Below, one piece after another: positions 13,401 through 23,982 of a stretch of 64,000 nucleotides of DNA; the stretch's first letter is position 1, and each line of letters opens with the position of its first letter. The notes under the pieces are model-generated. The model did not search any database, was not told the origin of the DNA, and was given only the letters and a program-made list of their open reading frames with translations. Position numbers and translations under genes: made by a program. This DNA comes from Ptychomitrium polyphyllum (taxonomy: Eukaryota), in assembly GCA_973851085.1 (NCBI GenBank), contig OZ316776.1, positions 13,764,001-13,828,000 of the forward strand. The letters run 5' to 3'.

Positions 13401-15066
13401 AAGTCCAAAAGGCATGACATTGTATTCAAAATGTTCATACCTTGTTTGAAAAGTTGTCTTCCATTTGTCTACTTCTTTAATGCATACCAAATTATAGGCT
13501 CTTTATAGGTCTATTTTGGTATAGATCTTTATTTTGCTAAGTTGATCAAAAAGTCCAAAATTTAGCAATAATGGATATTGGTTTTTCATTGTCATTTTAT
13601 TGAGGCCGCAGGTAATTGACACACATTTGTAAGGATCCATCTTTCTTCTTTATAAAAGGTATCGGAGCACCAGTAGGAGATTTAGAATGTTGAATGAAGT
13701 TCTAAGCTAAATTTTCATCAATATGTTTCTTTGCTGACAAAAGCTTGTTTAAAAATAAATTCTAGATAGGTCCAATTAGTGGATGAATGTTGTCTTGAAG
13801 GTCTAAAGCACAATTGTAAAAACAGTGTTTTGGAAGGATGTCTGCATTCTTCTTTTCAAATACATTGTTGAACTCCTTATATTTTTTTGGAATTATTAGG
13901 ATGAAGACACAACTTTGGACCTTGCAATTACATACACAACAAAATAAACATCAATTTTTGTTGCTCTCATAAATGCTCTAGCTCCAACAAAAAGAGGCTT
14001 TATGATTTTAGATCTATAAGATACTTCAACTTTCTTTGTACTCTTAATAGTTACAGGTTCTAATGATGGAAATTTTATTTTGCAAGATGCCCAATTTATC
14101 TGCAGGTTGTATTTTTTAAGCCAAGAAAGCCCTAGAATGATGGAACTTGACATAGACATAATGATGTTAAATATCACTTGGCAACTATGATTGTTCAATG
14201 TTACTGTTAATGGATTGGTCTCATAAATAGCATCTCCAGAAGATAACAGTCGACTATCTATAACTTCTACATAGACGAGTTTGGATTTTCTACTGAATGG
14301 AAACTTATGGGCTTTCATAAATTCTTTGTCAATAAAACAAACAAAAGCTCTTGAATCTATCAGAGCAAGGCTTTGGAGCTTTTAAACGCGTAAAAAAATA
14401 GGTATAGTATAACATAAGGAAGGATGGGCTGATAGAACAGGACCTTTAATTTCTTGTAAAGGAAGCAGATCTAGTTGCACAATCCCTACTGTGGCTTGCC
14501 GTCCTTGTTTTCATGCAAAGTATTTGGCATTGTGGTTATACTTCTCATCTGATATGTATGTGGAGGTTTGTCTAGGCAGTTATTAACCTTGTGGCCAGAT
14601 TTTCCATAGTACAAATACAAACTTTATTGCCTTTGCCGCTTCTTCTCTTGTTTGGTAAGGAACTTGAAGCAAACCGCATCAATCTGTATGGCTTCTGCTT
14701 TCAGATACTTATTAGAAGTGAATGAGGCTGTAGCTACTAAAAAGTTGGTATATGGCCGAGTCATTATAAAAATTTGTTTATCTTGTCGACGTTGAAATAG
14801 ACGATTATTGCATTTTAAAACGTGGTTGATGGCCTCATCATGTGTTGAAAGGTCTGGCATAGATAGCAATATATCTTTAACTTCTTTCCGTATATTTTAA
14901 TGAAATTGACTCATTAGCGCTTCTTTTCCACAATTGATGTTGCATGCAAGTTGTCAAAATTCCAATGCATAAATTGACATAGAACGTGGCCCTTGATGCA
15001 AAGCACAAATCTACAAGGCTGATTCTTGGTTCTTTGGTTGTTGACATTGAATTCTTGGCTTGAACA

Positions 15067-15712
15067 TGTTCCGGACATAAATCATGCAACATAGTCCTTA
15101 GAACATTCTAGAACCTTCTAGTATACTAGTATAGTTTCTTAAAATACTTTTGGATGTCTCCATAGCCTTTTTTATATTTTTAGGAAGCTTCCCAGGAAAG
15201 TTCCTCCACTTTAGGAAACTTCCTAGGAAAGTTCTATCATCTTAGGTTACTTCCTAGAAAACTTCCTAGGAAGCTTCCATCACCTTAGGAAACTTCCTAG
15301 GAAGGTTCTACCTCTTCAGGCAACTTCCTAAGAAGCTTCCGCTACCTTAGGAAACTTCCAAGGAAGGTTCCAATTCCTTGGAAGCTTCCGAAGAAGGTTC
15401 CAATTCCTTGGAAGTTACTTAGGAAGGTTCCAACATCTTAAGAAACTTCTTGAGAAGGTTCCTTAGACTTCCAGAACATTCTTAAGCCTTGTAGGAAGCT
15501 TCTTTAGAAGTATCATAGGAGATACAAACGTCCTAATATAAATAAGAGGCAAGACAAGGTATTCCTTAGTCTTGCCAATACAAGTTGTGGATCATCTTGA
15601 ATCCTGCCTTATTCTAGTCCTTGTATCAAAGTTCTTGTTAATCATTAGCTCTTTGGAAGCTAATTCTTGGAAAACACTTCGTTTCTGCTTCTTGTTTCTT
15701 GTGTCCTTAACA
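15067..15712 (+). repeat. 5' LTR of RLG1-like copy 1
   Basis: TG...CA termini, TATAAATA, internal array of about 30-33 bp AGGAAACTTCCTAGGAAGGTTCC units. Confidence 0.95.
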
Positions 15713-15714
15713 AT

Positions 15715-15726
15715 TTGGCAAGACTA
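15715..15726 (+). promoter_or_regulatory. Self-priming PBS (TTGGCAAGACTA), complementary to the predicted transcript start in the LTR
   Basis: Exact reverse complement of TAGTCTTGCCAA at 15567-15578, about 30 nt from the start of the TATA box; same pairing in copy 2 (51844-51855 with 51698-51709); no tRNA-Met PBS. Confidence 0.8.
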
Positions 15727-16939
15727 CTTTTCATCTTTGTCAGAGCTAAGGTTCTTTGAAGAAGATTGTGGATTACCCATCTTCTTTAGGATTCCATAGC
15801 GTTTTAGAGGTTGCGGATTACCCTCCTCTAAGTTGGCACCATAGTGTTGGTTTCTCCTACAAGAATCAAGTATTACTACTTTCAAAGTACGTGGATTTCC
15901 TCCTTTGAAGATACTCATACTCTTTCTGTCTTTGAGAGTCTTAAGAAATTGATAATGTGCCTAGAACATCAGGGAATAGGTTTGCAACTATTGCAGACCT
16001 TCAAGAATTATTAAACACAGTTCGAACGGAACTCGCCCGCTTTAATACCACCAACAATTTGGAGCAATACACTCGGCAAACTGAAGAATCCAATGCTGAT
16101 ATTCAAAGCCTATATCAAGAGGTTGTTCGATTGCAAAAGGCCAATATTGAAAGAGAAGGTTTCCGTTGAACCCACGCAGAGCCAAAGATTAGTATGCCAG
16201 ACAAGTTTGATGGATCAAGATCGAAATTAAGAGGCTTTATTCAACAAGTAAGGCTCTTCTTTAGTTTGCATCAATCTCGCTATCCTAATGGCACTACTCA
16301 AGTGGGATTTGTAGCCACTCTTTTATCAAACAATGCACTATCATGGTTTGCACCACTAATGGAGAAGCAGTCACCATCATTGATATACTTAGATGCTTTT
16401 ATAGAAGCATTAACAACTACTTTTGGAGACACCGACCGAGAGAGGGTGGCTGAGACAAGGATCTAGAGTCTCCAACAAGGGTAGCGCTCAGCTCTTACAT
16501 ATGCTGCAGAGTTTCGACAATTAGCTTGCAACCTTGATTGGAATGATAAAGCCTTGGTCACAAGATTTCGATGGGGCTTAAGAGAGAATGTCAAGGATTT
16601 GCTATTCACAATGCCAAGAGTTGTAACATTGGACGAATTCATCACTCAGGCAATAGCATGTGACAACAAACTATTTGAGAGGCGTCAAGAACAACGCTTG
16701 GGATGGCGACCAGTACATCAAAGCATGAGTACCACTTCTTCAAGAGTATCCGAAACTCAACCGCAAGGACCAGAACCTATGCAAATTGAAGCTGCCCAAT
16801 TCAGACGCTTGACTCCAGAAGAAAAAGAAAGGCCTCAAAGAGAAAACCTCTGCTTGTATTATGGCAAGTCTGGATATAAAGTGCGCGACTGCCAAATCAA
16901 AAGATCTGCTTTTAAGGCTCAAAGCATAATGGTGGAGTT

Positions 16940-16967
16940 AGAAAACGAGGCTGTCCAGTCACAGTAG
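16940..16967 (+). promoter_or_regulatory. Putative -1 ribosomal frameshift region at the gag-pol junction
   Basis: Pol is in the -1 frame relative to gag; xGAAAAC followed five codons later by CAG TAG is present in copy 1 and in element B, similar to sushi/PEG10-type slippery sites. Confidence 0.5.
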
Positions 16968-19900
16968 GAACCATGCAATTGGACACCACAAGGAAACCAC
17001 CATCAAATCAAGGTCTCTTACTACCTTCAAACCCTACCTCTTGTTTTACATTTCCTATCAAAATTAAATTGTTAAATGATGAAATAATTAGCGAGGCTCT
17101 CTAAGACACTAGTGCAATGGCATGTTTTATGGACAAGGATTTTGCAACCAAACATCACATGGTGCTTGTGAATAAAAAATATCCCGCACTTGTTGAAGTT
17201 ATTGATGGACAATCTCTTACGTCTGGCAATATTATTGAAGAAACTCAACCATTGGAGGTTATTTTAGGAAACCAAGCAACTAAGATTGTCTTCAACATCA
17301 TTCAATGCCGAACAAATCCTATTGTTTTGGGCTTTCCTAAGTTTGAATTACATAATCGAGACATTGACTGGCGCTCACGAAGTGTGGTCTTAAAGAAAAG
17401 ACGTCAAGGTATAAGAAATCTTGGACCATCGTTTATTAGTGCTAAGGCATTTATGAGAGCAACAAAGGATGAACCAATCTATGCCATTTATGCCACGCCA
17501 ATGTCTAGCTCTACAATAGAGATTAATAAAAACATACCTCGTCAATATCAAGATTATAAAGACGTTTTTGAAAAGAAGAATGCGGACATGTTACCAAAGC
17601 ACCGGCTTTACGACTGTAACATTGAGTTGCAAGAAGGAATCCAATCATCTTTTGAACCTATTTATAACTTATCACAAACCAAGTTGATTGCCTTGAGAGA
17701 ATATATTGATGAAAACCTAGAAAAGGGTTTCATTCAACACTCTAAATCACCGGCTAGAGCACCCATTCTATTTGTAAAGAAGAAAGATGGATCATTACAT
17801 ATGTGCATGGCCTATCGAGGCCTCAATAAAGTGACCGAGAAGAATCGCTATCCATTACCATTAATCTCAGGACTCCTACAACAACTTGGCCAAGCAAAGA
17901 TATTCACCAAAATTGATCTTAGAGGAGCCTACAATCTTGTACGCATCAAAAAAGGAGACGAATGGAAGACAGCTTTTCAATCTAAGTATGGTCATTTTAA
18001 ATACAATGTCATGCCTTTTGGCCTTACTGATGCCCCTGCAGTTTTTCAACATATGATGAATGATATCTTCCATGAACATTTGGACAATTTTGTAGTCATC
18101 TATTCCAATGACATTTTGATATATTCATTGGATGAACAAGACCACGAATGTCATGTGCGACTGGTCTTGGAAAAACTATGCTAGCGAGGATTATATGCCA
18201 AATTGGAGAAGTGCCTTTTCCATGAATCATCAGTTGAATTTTTAGGCTATATCATTTCCAAAGGAGGAATCCATATGGATAAGGAAAAATAAAAACACTG
18301 TCATCATGTGGAGTACGCCAAGATCAATTTGACATGTCAAATGCTTCTTGGAATTTGCAAACTTCTACAGAACATTCATCAAGGATTATTCCAAGATTGC
18401 AGCACCATTAACATGTGTTACATGGAAGCAAAAGTTCATTTGGGATGAAGAAGCGGAAAAAACATTTCAAAGTTTAAAGAAGTCATTCACGTCGGCTTCA
18501 ATTCTTATTCATCCAAATCCATCAAAGCCTTTTTATTTGGAAGCGGATGCCTCAGATTTTGCGCTTGGCACAGTATTCTCACAATATGATGAAGACGAGA
18601 GACTTCACCCTCTTGCCTTTCGTTCAAGGAAGTTCTCAGCGGCAGAGATCAACTATGATATACATGATAAAAAACTACTTGCAATTGTGGATGCGTTTGA
18701 AGAATGGCGACACTTATTGGAAGGAGTTCAACATACCATCATGATATACACAGACCACAAGAACTTGAAGTATTTCATGAGTGCGCGCGTTTTGAATCGT
18801 CATCAAGCAAGGTAGAATATGTCGCTTTCCAGATTTGACTTTGTCATTACCTATCGATCTGGTAGCTTGCAAGGTAAGCCAGATGCCTTATCTCAAAGAT
18901 CTTATTTAGCTCCTCAACCTGGAAATGATGTTTTGAATCAACAAAGGACTATTTTATTGAAGCCTGAGAATCTTCAATTGAAAGCAGCCATTATTACAAC
19001 AACATTCCATTTTGACAAAATTCGGAAGGCTTTAAAGAATGACGTTTTTGTTTTAAATATAAAGAAGCGCCTCAAAGACAATGGAGGTCCTTCAAATAGC
19101 GATGAAGACCTTGAATTCCAAGAGGGCCTACTTTATTATAAAGGACTTTTGTACCTAACTCCAGGCCCTTTGCGATTGAAGATCTTTCAAGCACGTCATG
19201 ATTTTCCAGCTGCAGGACATTTTGGATTCAATAAAACAATGGAATTAATTGCTAGAGACTATTGGTGGCCTTAAATGTGGAAGTACGTAGAGGACTTTAT
19301 TTGATCATGCGACACTTGTGCAAGAGTCAAGGTACCAAGGCACCAACCTCATAGTCTCTTCCATCCGCATCGAGTGCCAAAGGGCCCATGGTTGTCTTTA
19401 TCAATGGATTTTATCACGGACCTTCCAAATCTCGATTCTAAGGATTATATTTTGATAGTGGTGGATCGATTTACAAAAATGGCACATTTCATTCCATGCA
19501 ATAAGACGGTAACGGGAGAAGAAACTACCAAGTTGTTCCTAAATCACGTCTACCGCATACATGGACTACCAGATGATATTGTATCTGATCGAGGGCCGTA
19601 GTTCATTTCCAACTTTTGGAGGGCTCTATTCCAGCTGTTACGTGTAAAGATCAATCTTTCTTCAGCACACCATCCACAAACTGATGGCCAAACCGAACGT
19701 GTAAATCAAATTTTGGAGCAGTACCTTCGTTGTAGCATAAACTACCAGCAAGACAACTGGATGGACCTCTTGCCTTTGGCACAATTTGCTTACAACAATA
19801 CGGTGCACTCTTCAACAACTAAAAGTCCATTCTTTGCAAACTATGGCTATCATCCTCGAACAAATCCATTTCAAGTGAAGCATGTTGAAAGTCCCGCAGC

Positions 19901-20452
19901 AGAAGATTTTTTAATTCAACTTGCTAAAATCCATCAAGAAATTACCTTCCAGTTACAACAAGCTCAAGATTGTTACAAAACTTATGCAGATTGCCATCGG
20001 AAGGACCAATCAAAGTTCAAGGTTGGAGATAGCGTATGGCTCCTACGACGAAATATACAAACAAAAAAACCATCAAAGAAGTTGGACTATCAAAGGCTTG
20101 GACCGTTTGAAATCAGCAAACAATTAAATCTGGTTAATTACCGCCTAAAGCTACCACCAAGCATGCAAATTCATCCAGTATTCCATGTATCGTTGTTGGA
20201 AACCTAGAACAAATCATGTATATCAGAGAGAATTGTTTCTCCGCCTCCTCCGCTGGAAATCAATAATGAAATTGAATATGAACTGGAAGAGATCTTAGAT
20301 TCACGCATCAAGAACGAATGTGTGGAGTACCTTATACATTGGCAAGGATATGGCATCAATGGACGAACATGGGAACCTTCAACGATTGTAACAAACGCAT
20401 CCGAGAAGGTACGCAAATTTCATCAAAGATATCCTCAGAAACCTGGTCAGTG

Positions 20453-21052
20453 ATGATGTGTCATCAGCACCCGTTAGCTTCACAGAGAAGTTTTTCCTTC
20501 ATAGACAAGTATAAGAAGGGAGGAGATATATCCAAACCTCCAATTTTATGCAGCGTTATTTCCAAGATAGATCATTTCTAGATCCTAGCCAGTATGTCAA
20601 ATCTTCGTGTTATCATAAATATGCGTGAAGAGTAGTCGGCCATGCCTTCATCAACAACAGCATCTGTTGAGCCAACTCAACTTTCTCAGCCCTCGGTAAC
20701 GGAGGATTTAAGTTAAGATATGAGAAGGACATCCCAACGTCGAGTACGACCTCGTGCAGAAGTATTGACTAGTCGCCCTTCACATTCCAGTCTTGATTCA
20801 GATGCTCGCACTCTAGTCATCTTGTTAGAAATTTAAAGAGTCACCCCTGGAGGACCCGAAATCTTGTTTGGAGGATGTTTTGAAGGACTTAATCAAGATC
20901 AGATCTTGGAATAGGACATTTCAACAACAAAAGTCTTGGTTGGTGGCCATTGGCGTTTCTTGCAAGGACCAGTTGAGCCAGTGAACAGAGAACAACGAGC
21001 AGAGTATGGTGCTTCACTCCTTTAATAAATTTTGGAGTTTTTGAAAATGTGA
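20453..21052 (+). pseudogene. Hidden third ORF (199 codons, unknown function) between pol and the PPT of RLG1-like copy 1
   Basis: ATG overlaps the pol stop (TGATG); one frame, 600 nt, same length in copy 2 (56574-57173); terminal TGA shared by three copies; internal stops mostly CAG/CAA/TGG-derived and mostly at different positions between copies. Confidence 0.55.
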
Positions 21053-21107
21053 CATGCAAGCCAAGAAAAGAGCTCCTCATGGGACTCGTCGCTAAAAAGG
21101 GAGGTGA

Positions 21108-21783
21108 TGTCACGGACATAAATCATGCAACATAGTCCTTAGAACATTCTAGAACCTTCTAGTATACTAGAATAGTTTCTTAAAATACTTTTAGATGTCT
21201 CCATAGCCTTTTTTATGTTTTTAGGAAGCTTCCCAGGAAAGTTCCTCCACTTTAGGAAACTTCTTAGGAAGGTTCTATTATCTTAGGTTACTTCCTAGGA
21301 AACTTCCTAGGAAGCTTCCATCACCTTAGGAAACTTCCTAGGAAGGTTCTACCTCTTCAGGCAACTTCCTAAGAAGCTTCCGCTACCTTAGGAAACTTCC
21401 AAGGAAGCTTCCAATTCCTTGGAAGCTTCCGAAGAAGGTTCCAATTCCTTGGAAGCTTCCAAAGAAGGTTCCAATTCCTTGGAAGTTACTTAGGAAGGTT
21501 CCAACATCTTAAGAAACTTCTTGGGAAGGTTCCTTAGACTTCCAGAACATTCTTAAGCCTTGTAGGAAGCTTCTTTAGAAGTATCATAGGAGATACAAAC
21601 GTCCTAGTATAAATAAGAGGCGAGACAAGGTATTCCTTAGTCTTGCCAACACAAGTTGTGGATCATCTTGAATCCTGCCTTATTCTAGTCCTTGTATCAA
21701 AGTTCTTGTTAATCATTAGCTCTTTGGAAGCTAATTCTTAGGAAACACTTCGTTTCTGTTTCTTGTTTCTTGTGTCCCTAATT
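21108..21783 (+). repeat. 3' LTR of RLG1-like copy 1
   Basis: Follows the PPT; 30 bp longer than the 5' LTR because of one extra GAAGCTTCC...TTCCAATTCCTTG unit; terminal CA mutated. Confidence 0.93.
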
Positions 21784-22522
21784 GAACTTGTCCATCATCT
21801 ATAAAATTAGGTCTAGATGGTGAAGCACCTAAGTTAATTTGGGATAACAATTGCGGTGTTTTTTCTCCTTGACCATTGTGTTTGGTCAAATACAATTACT
21901 TGTTTTACTTAAGTAAAGTCTCGGGTTTTATCCTCAATGCTATTAGGGCATTGATAGTAAAATCTTAGTTTATTTCTTCTCAATCAGTTATACTGACTTC
22001 TTCACCTTCTGGCATAGAAATGGAAAGGAAATAGATACAAAATGCTCAATAAACAAGAAATTAAAGAAAGTTCAAGAGGAAATATCAGTCCAGAAGAAGG
22101 TAATCCGCAATTTCTAGAGTGCTATGGTGCTTCATCATCTAGACCAGGTTTTTTGAGAAAGTTGAAGAACTTTTCAGCCTCGACTTCTATATATACTAAA
22201 AGTACAAGCCTTGAAAGCTTTTTGAGAAGCTTTGTCTACATTGCTTCAAATTCAAGTAACCTTGAGTTGCTTCCTTGGAAGCTTCTTCAACCGAGGTAAT
22301 CTCCTTGGAAGCTTCCTAATCAAAAAGTAACTTTTTTAGAAGCTTCATAAGCCAAGGCAACTTCTTTGAAAGTTTCTTAACCCAAAAGTAACTTCCTTGG
22401 AAGCTTTTTCTAAATCCAATATAACTTCTTTGGAAGTTTAGTAAGTCAATGAAACTTCCTTGGAAGCTTTTCAAATCTTCTAAGAACCTTTCTAGATGCT
22501 TCTACTGTATATGACGGTGACA

Positions 22523-22750
22523 GCTAATGCACTCGTTACAATGCTTTATCCTAATTTAAGAGCAAATTGAGTTAGGAAGTCTCTCAGGAATCTATTCTTG
22601 GGGGTTAAGATCCCTTGTGCTTGCTTGCAGTACCAATCGTAAGCCTCATAATGCAATGTGGTAGAAAAACAGTCCAAGTAGTATACTTGAGCTGTTACTA
22701 GGCTACTAATGCAATGTTTTCTAAGTCTATGAAACCTCTCCAACAAAAAA
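22523..22750 (-). mobile_element. Element A gag, N-terminal fragment separated from 9862 by nested insertions
   Basis: FSTTLHYEAYDWY...FLRDFLTQF retrotransposon gag motif; in frame with the gag at 9862 across the element B TSD. Confidence 0.7.
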
Positions 22751-22759
22751 TTCTAAGCT

Positions 22760-23982
22760 GCTAAAACCTTCCCATAAAGTTTCTAAGGAATTGGAAACTT
22801 CCTTACAAGATTTCCAAGGTCATGAAACATTCTTAAAATATCTTTAAAGAAACAAGACCATCCTAGAAAGCTGTAAGAAGAGATAAAACCTTCCTAAAAA
22901 CCTTCTCAAAGAACTAAAAACGACTAAAGCAGGATACAAAGTATTCTCATAAGCTTCAATATATTAATCCAAAACTTTAGAAGGATCTCAAGATTATGAC
23001 GCCTTAATTATGTCCATGACATCACCTCCTCTTTTAGCAACAAGTTCCATGAAGAGCTCTCTCTATGGCTTGCTTGTCACATCTCTACATATTCCAAAAT
23101 TTGTCAAAGAAGTGAACTAATATATTCTACTCATTGTTCTTTGCCCACTGCTTCAATTGGTCTTTGCAAGAAGCGCTGACCACCCCTAGCTAAGACTTCT
23201 ATTGTTAAAATGTCTCAGCCTAAGAATTGATCTTGATTAAGTCTTTCAAAACATCCTCCAAACATGTCTTTGATCCTTCAAGAGTGACTCTTCCAACTTG
23301 TAATAAGATGACTAGAGCTCAAGCATCTAAATCATGACTGGTAAAAAAAAACAATTAACGAATACTTCTGCACAAAATTGTACTTGATGTTGCAATGCCT
23401 CCCTCATATCTTGGCTTAGATCCTCTATTACTAAAGATTGAAAAAGTTGAGTTGATTCAACAAGTGCTGTTGTTCATGAAGGCATGATCAATTGCTCTTC
23501 ACGCATATCCATGATAATACAAAAATTTGACATCCTATCTAGAATCTAAAACTGATCTATCTTGGAAATAATATTGCATACAATTGGAGGCTTGGATATC
23601 TTTCCTCCCTTCTTATACTAGTCTATGAACAAAAAACTTCTCTGTGAAGCTAAGAAGGATTGATGACACATCAACACTAACCTGATTTCTGAAGATATCT
23701 TTGATGAAATTTGCGTATCTTGTCGGACAGATTTGTTACATTTGTTAAAGGTTCCAATGTTTGGTCACTGATGCCATATCCTTACTAATGTATTAAATAT
23801 TCCACACACCCGTTCTTGATGCGTGAATCTAAGATCTCTTCCACTTCAAATTCAATTTCAATATTGCATTCCATGAAAAGAGGCAGCAAGACAACTTTAT
23901 CTAATGTACATAACTTGTTATAGATTTTCAACAACAATACATGGTACACTCGATGAATTTGCATTGTTGGAGGTTGCTCTAG
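22760..23982 (-). mobile_element. Element D, 3' part: older RLG1-related copy (integrase end, chromodomain, ORF3 region, PPT, truncated 3' LTR)
   Basis: PPTMQIHRVYHVLLL...EFEVEEILDSRIKNGCVEYLIH; reverse-complement match to 20150-21120; PPT at about 23022-23035; LTR begins at 23021 (TGTCATGGACA). Confidence 0.8.

Larger units (their letters stand above)
15067..21783 (+). mobile_element. Full-length RLG1-like Ty3/Gypsy chromovirus, copy 1 (defective)
   Basis: LTRs 15067-15712 and 21108-21783; gag about 15957-16967 (PDKFDGSRSKLRGF, CCHC remnant); pol protease, RT, RNase H, integrase and chromodomain to TGA 20451-20453; PPT 21094-21107; many premature stops; degenerate TSD with a TGAAC core on both sides. 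Confidence 0.95.
9863..22522 (-). mobile_element. Element B: decayed Tcn1-like chromovirus (Ty3/Gypsy), nested in the gag of A and interrupted by RLG1-like copy 1
   Basis: 3' LTR 9863-10415 with PPT at 10416-10429; chromodomain (EFELEEVLDSQIRREKLEYLVHWHGY), integrase, RNase H, RT ([23 protein letters not shown]), protease and CCHC gag between 10973 and 15060; gag start and leader 21784-22160; partial 5' LTR about 22170-22522. TSD TCTAA/GCTAA; removing B rejoins the gag of A (KLG*SIVTSAL|DVMRQDK). Confidence 0.85.

Noticed and set aside
20889..21119. Antisense 76-aa ORF from the 3' LTR (also 57010-57240)
   Set aside because: Short and explainable as the shadow of the longer sense ORF3; kept only as an alternative hypothesis.
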